Shown in pieces: positions 19,201 to 28,394 of a stretch of DNA of 64,000 bases. How positions within the stretch are numbered: the first letter of the stretch is position 1; the number at the start of each line of letters is the position of its first letter. A program made the position numbers and the translations under genes. Origin of the DNA: an uncultured Rickettsiales bacterium. Lineage in GTDB: Bacteria; Pseudomonadota; Alphaproteobacteria; Rickettsiales; SXRF01. The notes below the pieces were generated by a model. That model ran no database searches. It was not told where the DNA came from and saw only the letters and a list, made by a program, of their open reading frames with translations. The stretch is from assembly GCA_964518725.1 (NCBI GenBank), contig CAZFKP010000015.1:1450-65449 (forward strand), written 5' to 3'.

Positions 19201-19729
19201 CGATCAATACGCCACCCTCAAACTCTCCATCAATTCCGCCGTACTCGGCAAGCGCCTGCCCGAGAAGATGAAGCAGATACTTCCTGCCTCGAAAAAGGGC
19301 GAATGGAAGCAGGGGGATGGTGCGGTGGAAATCTGCGGTGAGAAGTTGCTTCCCTCTGAATATATACTGCAACTCGAACCAAAACCCGAATATGCCGACC
19401 GCGCACAGGCGCTCTCCACCAATGATGCGCTGGTGATTCTCGATACCACCCTCACCCCCGAACTCGAAGCCGAAGGGTTCGCCCGCGACCTGGTGCGGAT
19501 GGTGCAGCAGGCACGTAAAGACGCAGGCCTCAACGTTTCTGATCGCATCCACCTCGCCGTGGTGGCCAGCGGCAAAACCGCCCCCGCGCTTTCCGCCCAC
19601 AAGGATTACATCGCCGAGCAGACCCTGGCCGCCCAGCTCCAGCAATCGGAACTGGCAGGCGCTGCCTTCACCACCAGCGGCACTATCGAGGGCGATGAGG
19701 TGAAGATTTTTCTTAAAGTCGTCGCCTGA
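16295..19729 (+). CDS. ileS: Isoleucine--tRNA ligase, type 2 (eukaryote-like)
   Basis: [24 protein letters not shown] (HIGH region) and KYSKRLKNY (KMSKS-like). Start taken at MKHYPEPQQ (16295); the track ORF begins at 16235. Confidence 0.9.
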   Translation: [1144 protein letters not shown]

Positions 19730-19769
19730 CGTTAATAAACTACTTACTATTCCGGATTATAGTCGCGCC

Positions 19770-21308
19770 ATGAAACGACCATTTCCCTTTGCTTCTGCCG
19801 TGCTGCTTGGCGTGCTGCTATCGCCGTCGCTGCTGCGCGCCGCAGGTGAAAGCAACGAGGTGACGGTAGAGCAATTGTCGGAAGCTGCGCCGGAAACGCG
19901 TCCTGAACCTACCTTCCTGCCGGTTGTAGAAACCGAATTGCTTGGCAGTAAAAACGCCGATAGCGTGGCCAAACCCGTAACCTTGAGCAGCGATGCGCCG
20001 CCAGCCGATGCCAGCACAGCTGACACCAGTGCACCCGATAGTTTGCGCGATGCGCTGGCCTATGTCTATGAACACCACCCGCAACTGATGGCTGAGCGCG
20101 AAAAGCTGAAAGCCACTGAAGAATCCATATGGCTTGCCATTTCCGATTTCCGCCCCAACGTGGCTGCTGCCTATTCCAAAGGCCGCGAACGCACCAGCAG
20201 TAACGATGCGCGATGGAGTTATGGCGATACCGAAAGCCGTGGGCTAACTGTTACCCAGCCTATCTTCTCCGGGCTGGATGGCGTCGCTGGCCTCAAAGCC
20301 GCCCGCCAGCGGGTGAAGGCCGGACGCGCTGACCTCACCGCGCTCGAACAGCAAGTGCTGTATAATACTGTGGTTGCCTACACAGGCGTAGCGGAAGCGG
20401 AAGAAGTGCTGAAGCTCAATCAGAATAACGTCGATGTGCTCACCAAACAGCGTGATGCAACCAAGGTGCGCTTCGATGTCGGTGAGCTGACCAAGACCGA
20501 TGTATCACAGGCGGAAGCGCGGCTCGCCAGCGCCAAGGCCGACGAACAGCAGGCGGTCGGCGACGTGGCAATTGCACGGGCGAGCTTTATGCGTGCCGCT
20601 GGCTTTGCCGCACCAGATGCCCCCGCCATGCCCGCCTTGCCAGCCGGATTGCCCAAAGATATCACCGAGGCGAATGCCCTCGCACACGCCGCCAGCCCAA
20701 CACTGGAAGCTGCGCGTCGCCGTGAAAAAGCCTTTGCCGAAGATATCGGTGTGCGCGTCGGCGCGTTCATTCCCGATGTCAGCGTGCAGGGCACTGTGCG
20801 GCGCACCGAAGGCGGTAATGGCTTTACCCGCAGTTATGATTCCGACGAGCTGATGTTGAACGTGGCCATCCCGCTCTATCAATCCGGCGCTGAATATGCC
20901 CGCCTGCGCGAAGCACGCAAAATCGCATCGCAGGCGAAATACACCACCATGGATACGATGCTTGCTGTGGAGCAAGATGTTGCCAGCGCGTGGCAGAATT
21001 ATATTACTTCAGAGAGTGTGATCACCTCTACCCAGGCCGCGAAAGAGGCCGCAACACTGGCTCTGGAAGGGGTTCGGCAGGAAAATGAATTCGGTGTACG
21101 TACCGTGCTTGATGTGCTCGATGCCGAACAGGAATTAATGAATACTAATGTGAACCTGATCCGCGCCACCCGGAACTATAAAATTCAGGCTTACCGGCTG
21201 CTGGCTTCGGTTGGAAAATTAACGGCGCATGAACTTGCTCTTCCCGTTAAATATTTTGAAAGCGATTCTCCCGACGATCATGTAAAAAATCAGTTGCTTG
21301 GATGGTGA
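19770..21308 (+). CDS. tolC: TolC-family outer membrane efflux/type I secretion protein
   Basis: 512 aa with a signal peptide and duplicated OEP repeats (LRDALAYVYEHHPQL...; LEAARRREKA...). Confidence 0.75.
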   Translation: MKRPFPFASAVLLGVLLSPSLLRAAGESNEVTVEQLSEAAPETRPEPTFLPVVETELLGSKNADSVAKPVTLSSDAPPADASTADTSAPDSLRDALAYVYEHHPQLMAEREKLKATEESIWLAISDFRPNVAAAYSKGRERTSSNDARWSYGDTESRGLTVTQPIFSGLDGVAGLKAARQRVKAGRADLTALEQQVLYNTVVAYTGVAEAEEVLKLNQNNVDVLTKQRDATKVRFDVGELTKTDVSQAEARLASAKADEQQAVGDVAIARASFMRAAGFAAPDAPAMPALPAGLPKDITEANALAHAASPTLEAARRREKAFAEDIGVRVGAFIPDVSVQGTVRRTEGGNGFTRSYDSDELMLNVAIPLYQSGAEYARLREARKIASQAKYTTMDTMLAVEQDVASAWQNYITSESVITSTQAAKEAATLALEGVRQENEFGVRTVLDVLDAEQELMNTNVNLIRATRNYKIQAYRLLASVGKLTAHELALPVKYFESDSPDDHVKNQLLGW

Positions 21309-21381
21309 TAATAGTTTTTTAATGGCAGTAAGTTAGAATGTGTGCAACAACGGTTGCATATCAGAAGGATGAGGATGCGCC

Positions 21382-21951
21382 ATGGAGGCTAAAGCTAAAG
21401 CCGGGGAAGATGATCTCTCGATGGAAGAAATTCTTCAGTCGATCCGCAAGATTATTGCGGAAGACGGGGATGAGGCGCCTACAAACGGTGCAGCACATGC
21501 CGCACCGGCAATCACTTCCGACGTGTTGGAGCTTACCGATATGGTAGAAGAACAACCCGCAGAAACTGCCAAGGCTTCCGCCGCAAATTCGCAGGATGCC
21601 GTGAACGATATCCTGAGCACCATCGACCAGGTGGTGGTTCCCGAAACTCCCGCGCCGAAGCCTGCTGCGCCTGTTGCGGTTGCCCCTGCCGCGTCGGTTA
21701 ATGACCAGGCCTATATTGATTCACTGTTATCCGCAGAAGCTGCTACGGCAACGGTGGCTGCTTTCAAAAAAGCACACCCGCCCGAACAGCCTATCATTAC
21801 CACGCCATCCGCCCATTTCCGTGGCGGCAACACGGTCGAGGATTTGGTGATGGAGTCACTGAAGCCGATGTTAAAACAGTGGCTGGATCTCAACTTGCCG
21901 AATATTGTCGAACGCATTGTTGAGCGCGAAATCAAAAAACTGACGGATTAA
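21382..21951 (+). CDS. popZ: PopZ-like pole-organizing protein (DUF2497)
   Basis: N-terminal MEEILQSIRKIIAEDG, a Pro/Ala-rich acidic linker, and C-terminal LKPMLKQWLDLNLPNIVERIVEREIKKL closely parallel Caulobacter PopZ. Confidence 0.75.
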   Translation: MEAKAKAGEDDLSMEEILQSIRKIIAEDGDEAPTNGAAHAAPAITSDVLELTDMVEEQPAETAKASAANSQDAVNDILSTIDQVVVPETPAPKPAAPVAVAPAASVNDQAYIDSLLSAEAATATVAAFKKAHPPEQPIITTPSAHFRGGNTVEDLVMESLKPMLKQWLDLNLPNIVERIVEREIKKLTD

Positions 21952-22027
21952 AATCCGCACGATTCTATTGAAATCCGCCCGTTTTGTGCGTATGCATGGT
22001 AGTTCCAACCACACGGAATAATATGCC

Positions 22028-23749
22028 ATGACCACCAGCAACGACAAAAAAAACCTCCCTTCCCGCCACGTCACCGTTGGGCCAGAGCGCGCCCCGCACC
22101 GCAGCTACCTTTATTCCATGGGGCTGACGGAAGCGCAGATTTACCAGCCGCTGGTCGGCGTCGCGACGACATGGAACGAAGCCGCCCCCTGCAACATCAC
22201 CCTCGCCCGGCAGGCGCAGGTGGTGAAGAAAGGTGTCAGTGCCGCCGGTGGCACGCCCCGCGAATTCACGACCATCACCGTCACCGATGGCATCGCCATG
22301 GGGCACCAGGGAATGAAGTCGTCGCTCGTCTCCCGCGAAGTGATCGCCGATTCGGTGGAGCTCACCATGCGTGGCCACAGCTATGACGCCATCGTTGGCC
22401 TTGCCGGTTGCGATAAATCCCTACCCGGCCTGATGATGGCGATGGTGAGGCTGAACGTGCCGTCAGTGTTCATGTATGGCGGCTCCATCCTGCCCGGGAA
22501 GTTCAAAGGCAAGGACGTCACCGTGGTGGATGTGTTTGAAGGTGTCGGCAAACATGCAGCAGGAAACATGAGCGACGAAGATTTGCACGCGCTCGAACAA
22601 GTCGCCTGCCCTTCGGCGGGCAGTTGCGGCGGGCAGTTCACCGCCAACACCATGGCCTGTGTATCGGAAGCGATTGGTCTTGCCCTGCCCGGTTCCGCGG
22701 GTGCTCCAGCGCCCTATGAAGCACGCGATGCGTTTGCTTTTGAATCCGGCATAGCGGTGATGGAACTTATTAAAAAGAAAATCCGCCCCCGCGATATCGT
22801 GACACTCAAAGCGCTGGAAAATGCTGCAGCCGTCGTTGCGGCAACCGGCGGATCGACCAACGGCGCGCTGCACCTGCCGGCCATTGCCCATGAGTGTGGC
22901 ATTGATTTTGATCTGCATGCGGTCGGGAAGATTTTTGCGAAAACACCGTATCTGGCTGATCTCATGCCCGGCGGAAAATATACCGCGAAGGACTTGTATG
23001 AGGCAGGCGGTGTGCAGGCGGTCATGCGTACATTGCTGGATGGCGGGTTCCTGCATGGTGACTGCATGACTGTGACCGGAAAAACGGTGGCAGAGAATTT
23101 GAAAGGCATCACGCTGCGTGACAACCAGACGGTCATTTATCCGGCTAGCAAACCACTCTCCCCTACTGGCGGCGTGGTAACACTGAAGGGTAACCTTGCT
23201 TCTGAAGGCGCGATCGTCAAGGTGGCAGGACTCAAGAAACTGGTATTCACCGGCAAGGCGCTGTGCTTCGATTGCGAAGAAGATGCGTTTGCGGCGGTGG
23301 ATGCCGGGAAATACAAAGCCGGTGATGTAATCGTCATCCGCTACGAAGGTCCGAAAGGTGGTCCCGGCATGCGCGAAATGCTTTCCACCACCGCTGCCAT
23401 TTACGGCCAGGGGCGCGGCGAAGATGTGGCACTGATTACCGATGGGCGTTTCTCCGGAGGTACACGCGGATTCTGTATCGGGCACGTGGGTCCGGAAGCG
23501 GCGGTCGGCGGCGTGATTGCGCTACTTAAAGATGGCGACGAAATCACTATCGACGCCACCAAGGGCACCATTGATGTAAAACTTTCAGATGCCGAGCTAA
23601 ACGAGCGCAAAAAAGCATGGAAACCGCGCGCGCATGATTACCAGAGTGGTGCGCTGTGGAAATATGCGGCCACCGTCGGTACTGCTGAAAAAGGTGCCGT
23701 CACTCACCCGGGCGGTGCAAAAGAAACCCACGTGTTTGCGGATATCTGA
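22028..23749 (+). CDS. ilvD: Dihydroxy-acid dehydratase
   Basis: 573 aa of the IlvD/Edd family with motifs (GCDKSLPGLMMAM, ALITDGRFSGGT). Confidence 0.9.
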   Translation: MTTSNDKKNLPSRHVTVGPERAPHRSYLYSMGLTEAQIYQPLVGVATTWNEAAPCNITLARQAQVVKKGVSAAGGTPREFTTITVTDGIAMGHQGMKSSLVSREVIADSVELTMRGHSYDAIVGLAGCDKSLPGLMMAMVRLNVPSVFMYGGSILPGKFKGKDVTVVDVFEGVGKHAAGNMSDEDLHALEQVACPSAGSCGGQFTANTMACVSEAIGLALPGSAGAPAPYEARDAFAFESGIAVMELIKKKIRPRDIVTLKALENAAAVVAATGGSTNGALHLPAIAHECGIDFDLHAVGKIFAKTPYLADLMPGGKYTAKDLYEAGGVQAVMRTLLDGGFLHGDCMTVTGKTVAENLKGITLRDNQTVIYPASKPLSPTGGVVTLKGNLASEGAIVKVAGLKKLVFTGKALCFDCEEDAFAAVDAGKYKAGDVIVIRYEGPKGGPGMREMLSTTAAIYGQGRGEDVALITDGRFSGGTRGFCIGHVGPEAAVGGVIALLKDGDEITIDATKGTIDVKLSDAELNERKKAWKPRAHDYQSGALWKYAATVGTAEKGAVTHPGGAKETHVFADI

Positions 23750-23765
23750 TTGACATGCTCATCGC

Positions 23766-24512
23766 TTAGAACGGCGAGAGCACCTCGATCACCTGGCTGC
23801 CCCAGCGCGGTTGCTGGATTTCGCTGATCTGTCCGCGTCCACCGTAATTGATGCGCGACTGGGCAACTTGCGAGGATTCAATCGTGTTATCCGAATTGAT
23901 ATCCTGCGGGCGCACCACGCCTTTGATCGACACTTCGCGCAGCTCGTAATTAACCCGGATCTCCTGTGAACCTTCAATCACCAGATTGCCGTTCGGCAGT
24001 ATCTGGGTCACGAGCGCTGCCACCTGCGTTTCAATTTTTTCCTTACGCTTGATGCTGCCGGTGCCGGTGGTGTTGGATTTTCCGTCGAGATCAATCAGGC
24101 TCGCTGGATTTTCCTTGCCGGGAAGGTTGTTGAATATTTTATTCTCCATGCCGAACAATGCCGGAACCCCAAGGCTCTCCGAAGAAGCCCGGTCACGCGC
24201 AGTTTCATTATCCAGCTCCGCCTTGTCTTCGAATTTTATGTTCACCCGTAAGATATCGCCCACCCGTGCGGCGCGCTGGTCGCGGAAGAAGGCGCGTGAA
24301 CCGGGTTGCCATAGTGAATTGGCGTATTGTTTTGGTGCCGGTTGTGTTTCCGGCAGCGGCCACGATAGCGGTTCATAGTTTGGCGCAGTCGTCGGATTGG
24401 AAACCTCAGCAAATTTCGGTGGCTTACCCACATCATCTAACCGATCAAGCGTTGAGGTGCAGCCCGAAAGGATGCTGCCGATCATTAGCACCGGGAGGAA
24501 CTTAGTTTTCAT
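23766..24512 (-). CDS. flgH: Flagellar L-ring lipoprotein FlgH
   Basis: MKTKFLPVLMIGSILSGC lipobox followed by a FlgH body (GDILRVNIKFEDKAELDN...). The track ORF extends 6 codons upstream. Confidence 0.9.
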   Translation of the reverse strand: MKTKFLPVLMIGSILSGCTSTLDRLDDVGKPPKFAEVSNPTTAPNYEPLSWPLPETQPAPKQYANSLWQPGSRAFFRDQRAARVGDILRVNIKFEDKAELDNETARDRASSESLGVPALFGMENKIFNNLPGKENPASLIDLDGKSNTTGTGSIKRKEKIETQVAALVTQILPNGNLVIEGSQEIRVNYELREVSIKGVVRPQDINSDNTIESSQVAQSRINYGGRGQISEIQQPRWGSQVIEVLSPF

Positions 24513-25335
24513 AGGTTGCTCCATGCTCAAGGTTGCTCATCCTCAGGTCGCCACCGCCAATCACGACGGTGTTCTCATCCTGCACAGTGCCTTGCACTAT
24601 TTTTTTGCTCTCGGTATTGCGGACGTTGATGACGGAACCGAGGATGCCATCGGTCATGGCTTGCCCATTGGTGGAGATCGCCATCCCCCCATCTTTATAC
24701 ACCATTTTGACCAAACCATTTTTCTTGACCACAGCCGCTTGTTCCAGCTCTGTCGCGCGGATAGGTCGCCCGGCGGAAATAACGCGCTCAGGTGATTTTC
24801 CAACCAGCGACGCCATATCGACAATCGTATCGGCGCGCGCGCGCGCCTTGGCGTAATCGCGCAGCTCAACATCGCTCGCGGTAATTATCTCTCCTGCCCG
24901 CACGCTGCGCTTCAGCACCGGCACCTCCACCATTTCGTTGTAGCGGCCGGAAATGGGGCGGGCGCTGATGACATCTGTTCCGGAGATGGAGACGAGGTTC
25001 GCAGAGAAGCGTTGCGTATCCGGATTAAACCTCAACCCGCGAATCTCAACACTGATCGGCTGGCTGAAAGAAAACAGATAATCCTCACCCTGAGAGTTAG
25101 TGATATCGGCAGAAACCTTCGCGCCTGCTCCACGCTCGGCCAGCGCCTGCGAGATGGCTTCCTCGGCGTCGGCATAGGTCAGCCTGAAATAGGGCGCATT
25201 CGCCGATCCATCGGCTTCGCTTGTCGATTCTGCAGCCTCTGAGGCCACGGGTTTGGGGTCGCTTTGCAGCGCCATCGCCGGTGTCACCAGCATCAGCACC
25301 GCGCCAAAAATAAAACCTTTCAAACGTTCACTCAT
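24502..25335 (-). CDS. flgA: Flagellar P-ring assembly chaperone FlgA
   Basis: Signal peptide plus a C-terminal segment VKKNGLVKMVYKDGGMAISTNGQAMTDGILGSVINVRN typical of FlgA. Confidence 0.75.
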   Translation of the reverse strand: MSERLKGFIFGAVLMLVTPAMALQSDPKPVASEAAESTSEADGSANAPYFRLTYADAEEAISQALAERGAGAKVSADITNSQGEDYLFSFSQPISVEIRGLRFNPDTQRFSANLVSISGTDVISARPISGRYNEMVEVPVLKRSVRAGEIITASDVELRDYAKARARADTIVDMASLVGKSPERVISAGRPIRATELEQAAVVKKNGLVKMVYKDGGMAISTNGQAMTDGILGSVINVRNTESKKIVQGTVQDENTVVIGGGDLRMSNLEHGATYEN

Positions 25336-25344
25336 AAATCCCCC

Positions 25345-26130
25345 TTAGACGCTTTGCGTGAGTGCCTGCAGCATGTCATCGCTTTTGGTAATGGCCTTAC
25401 TGATCATCTCGTAGACACGCTGTGCCTTAATCAGGTTGGTCAGCTCGCTGACCGGATCGACGTTCGAATTCTCAAGGAATCCTTGAAGAATGGAACCGAA
25501 CTCATCAGTATCCGGATTGCCGACAATCGGCGAACCGGACGCGGTGGTTTCGAGGTAGGAGTTATTACCGATGGACTGCAACCCGGCCTCATTTACAAAA
25601 TTGGCCACCTGAAGCTGACCAAGGTTTTGGGCGTCAATCTGACCGGGAATGGTGGCAAACACCTCCCCCGACTGGTTGATGCTAATTTCGGTGGCGTTGT
25701 TCGGAATGGTAATCGCCGGTTCCAGCGGGAAACCATCAATGGTTACAAGCTCGCCGTCGGCACTTACCTGAAACACGCCCGCCCGCGAATAGGCAATCGT
25801 GCCGTCCGGTTGGGTGATTTGGAAAAACCCCTTCCCCTGAATGGCAAGATCAAGCGGGTTCGACGTATTCTGCATGGCACCTTGTGTGTGCGTGCGGTAA
25901 ATCGCCCCGGTTTTTACACCAAGACCAACCTGAATCCCTGTCGGCACAATGGTGCCGGTATCCGAAGAGTTGGCACCCACGCGTTTCTCATTCTGGTAGA
26001 GGAGATCCTGGAATTCCGGGCGCTGTTCCTTGTACCCCGTGGTGTTGATATTCGCGAGATTCTGCGAAATCACATCGACGTAAAACTGCTGGGCGAGCAT
26101 CCCGGTAGAAGCAATATCAAGTGAACGCAT
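25345..26130 (-). CDS. flgG: Flagellar distal rod protein FlgG
   Basis: 261 aa, MRSLDIASTGMLAQQ...NLANINTTGYK..., ending NSNVDPVSELTNLIKAQRVYE. Confidence 0.9.
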   Translation of the reverse strand: MRSLDIASTGMLAQQFYVDVISQNLANINTTGYKEQRPEFQDLLYQNEKRVGANSSDTGTIVPTGIQVGLGVKTGAIYRTHTQGAMQNTSNPLDLAIQGKGFFQITQPDGTIAYSRAGVFQVSADGELVTIDGFPLEPAITIPNNATEISINQSGEVFATIPGQIDAQNLGQLQVANFVNEAGLQSIGNNSYLETTASGSPIVGNPDTDEFGSILQGFLENSNVDPVSELTNLIKAQRVYEMISKAITKSDDMLQALTQSV

Positions 26131-26140
26131 ACGTTATTCC

Positions 26141-26878
26141 CTATCCTTGTTGTGTCCACGCATTGGTGGTTTTCCGTTGTAAGTCGTAGATGGTCTCAAT
26201 GTATTTGGCGGTAGTGCTGACGCTACGCGATACATCAATCATATGCGTCAACTCGATCACCGGTTGGACGTTGGCGTTTTCCAGAGTGCCCTGCGACATG
26301 CGGACGTTATCTTCATTGCCAATTTCCGGCTCAACATCGCTTTTAAACAAGCCGTTGCCGATCTGCTCCATCAATTGCGGGTTTTCATAGATGGCAACGC
26401 CAATGGTGCTGAAATCTTCGCCGTTGACGGTGATGTTGCCAGCCGTGCCAATGACGATATCCTGTGTTTCGGGCGGGAACTCAATCGGCTGGCCGGACGC
26501 ATCCAGCACCTTGTACCCGCTGGGGGTAATCAGTGCGCCGCTTTCATCCAGCGAAAAATTGCCGGCACGGGTGTAGCGTGTGCCAAGGGGGGTTTCCACC
26601 ATGAAATAGGATCCGGCTCCCTCAAGCGCCACGTCGAGTTGCCCGCCGGTCACGCGGCGGCTGCCTTCCTGCACGTAGCGGTAGGAGGAAACGTCATTGG
26701 CAAACGACATGTTATTGTGATTGCCCTGATTATTGTCCTTTTTCAGATATTCGGAGAAGATAATTTTTTCCGCCTGGAAACCAGTGGTATTGGCGTTGGC
26801 AATGTTATTCGTCGTCTCCGCCATGTCGCGGAAAAGCGCCAGTTGTCTTGATAATGCAATGTAAATGCCGTTGTCCAT
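26141..26878 (-). CDS. flgF: Flagellar proximal rod protein FlgF
   Basis: MDNGIYIALSRQLALFRDMAETTNNIANANTTGFQ... True start is at M57 of the track ORF 26141..27046. Confidence 0.85.
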   Translation of the reverse strand: MDNGIYIALSRQLALFRDMAETTNNIANANTTGFQAEKIIFSEYLKKDNNQGNHNNMSFANDVSSYRYVQEGSRRVTGGQLDVALEGAGSYFMVETPLGTRYTRAGNFSLDESGALITPSGYKVLDASGQPIEFPPETQDIVIGTAGNITVNGEDFSTIGVAIYENPQLMEQIGNGLFKSDVEPEIGNEDNVRMSQGTLENANVQPVIELTHMIDVSRSVSTTAKYIETIYDLQRKTTNAWTQQG

Positions 26879-26912
26879 GCCTCCTGTTATGCATGAACTG
26901 TGCCAACTGGTT

Positions 26913-28322
26913 TTAGGAGAGTGTTTTCGCAGGCCGCAATGCCGGAATACCATCCTGCCGACGCAGGCTATTGGCGATGTCGGTGTATAATTGCGGTGGC
27001 ATGAATTCCTGATGGGCTGGATTGCGTTCAAAGGTTTGGTGAGCAAGCCTTGGCGAGCCGGATGAAATAATTTCGGTACTTAAGGTGGTGACCGCTATGG
27101 GTGTACTGTCGTTCAATAATTGCTCAAGTTTCTTGCGAGCATCATCGAACTCTTTGCCGCGATCTTCCTTAAGCGGCGGAATGGTGATAATAACTTTTCC
27201 ATTGTCCATGCGCTCGGCATATACGGATAAATCGTTGCATAAAGGATAAGGCTTGCGAAACTCGTTCGGATCGATACGGCTTAAGGCAAACAAATCATTG
27301 AGTGGCCCCATGTGGGAATCATCATATAAAGTTGCCTGATTAAATTCAATTTGCAGAAGCGGATTATCAGGAAAGCTGAAATGCGGTCGCCAGCCCGTGG
27401 TCACTTCCGGTAAGTGTTCGGCCTCTGGGTGGGTGAAGCCGTACTTGATATTGCACATGGTCTCCAGCACGCTGCGCGCCATGTGGAGTTTTTCTGGGGC
27501 GGTTTCCAGGTGGCGTAATTCCATTCGCCCCTTAGCTGTGCGTATACCATTCGAACGTTGAGGGGAAGCCCTGCGCCCTTCTCCTGCAGCATAGGTCAGG
27601 GCAGCCACCGCTGCTTTTGACTTCTGCAGGTCTTCACCGGTTTCGTTCTCAAAAATATTTCTCGCCCCCGGTTCAAACGGCTTGCCACCCCCCCATACGC
27701 TGACATGCAAATGGATATGCACAGTATGTGCTCCCCTCACCTTGAGGGCGTGCATGAGCTGGTTATAGGCGGCAATGAACTCCAGCGGCTCCAGCGGTTT
27801 GGTTCGTATCTCCAGCGTTCTCGGCTCGTCGCGCCAGCCAATGCCTTCCCGCGCCCGACCATAGCGATATTCAGTAATGTCACTTAGCTCACCCTTCATC
27901 AGCCAGTTACCTTCAGGATCCTGCAAGCCATGCAATTCGAGCATGGCAAGATAATGCACTGAGAAAGTGGCGATTTCATTTTTTAGTGTTTCTGCCCACG
28001 TACTATCGCCTCCATTTTTCGCATAATCACCCAGAGCTTTTTCAAGTCTGGCGAGTAATAAAGGTGTGTCTTTCGGTAAAATGGATCCCTGATCGAAATC
28101 AATATCGCTGCCAAAGCAGAACGAAACCTCGCGGGAATCCCCATGCACAGACATTTTGTCGGGAGCCTGCATGGCTTTGATCGCCGCAAGGATTTTCATA
28201 TTTGACTGCCAAGTCACCGGCGTTACGGCGGTGGGGTGGGTTTTTGTCCAATCAATATCCGGGATGCTTATCATTCCAACCTTGTTCGCCTTGTCGCCAT
28301 TGACTAGCATATTATATTCCAT
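26913..28322 (-). CDS. Hypothetical protein with glutamine-synthetase-fold / amidoligase-like motifs; first gene of the flgF-G-A-H string
   Basis: 469 aa. The segments FCFGSDIDFD, TLEIRTKPLEPLEF...HTVHIHLHVSVW and GRMELRHLE resemble the E-x-E strand, the ExxSP...HVH motif and the xEFR motif of the amidoligase/GS superfamily. Visibly AT-richer than its neighbours. A 34-nt gap separates it from flgF on the same strand. Confidence 0.4.
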   Translation of the reverse strand: MEYNMLVNGDKANKVGMISIPDIDWTKTHPTAVTPVTWQSNMKILAAIKAMQAPDKMSVHGDSREVSFCFGSDIDFDQGSILPKDTPLLLARLEKALGDYAKNGGDSTWAETLKNEIATFSVHYLAMLELHGLQDPEGNWLMKGELSDITEYRYGRAREGIGWRDEPRTLEIRTKPLEPLEFIAAYNQLMHALKVRGAHTVHIHLHVSVWGGGKPFEPGARNIFENETGEDLQKSKAAVAALTYAAGEGRRASPQRSNGIRTAKGRMELRHLETAPEKLHMARSVLETMCNIKYGFTHPEAEHLPEVTTGWRPHFSFPDNPLLQIEFNQATLYDDSHMGPLNDLFALSRIDPNEFRKPYPLCNDLSVYAERMDNGKVIITIPPLKEDRGKEFDDARKKLEQLLNDSTPIAVTTLSTEIISSGSPRLAHQTFERNPAHQEFMPPQLYTDIANSLRRQDGIPALRPAKTLS

Positions 28323-28328
28323 CGCCTG

Positions 28329-28343
28329 TTAACACAATATTTA
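28329..28343. promoter_or_regulatory. CtrA-box-like half match (TTAA-N7-TTAG) in the divergent flagellar promoter region
   Basis: TTAACACAATATTAG-type spacing read at 28329..28343, between ORF 26913..28322 and fliL. There is one mismatch to TTAA-N7-TTAA. Confidence 0.2.
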
Positions 28344-28394
28344 GGAAACATACGCTAAATACTGTCCATACTAATTTATCCAAGGGGCGTTATT

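Noticed and set aside
26879-27046. The ORF track gives N-terminal extensions for flgF 26141..27046, ccmE from 4400, ccmG from 6653, ccmI from 7626, recA from 59546, gapR from 41058, flgH from 24530, and the membrane protein from 14711.
   Set aside because: The extensions have no family similarity and overlap upstream genes. Internal ATGs coincide with conserved N-termini, ATGA/TGATG coupling or good Shine-Dalgarno sequences. The track also uses GTG/TTG starts.
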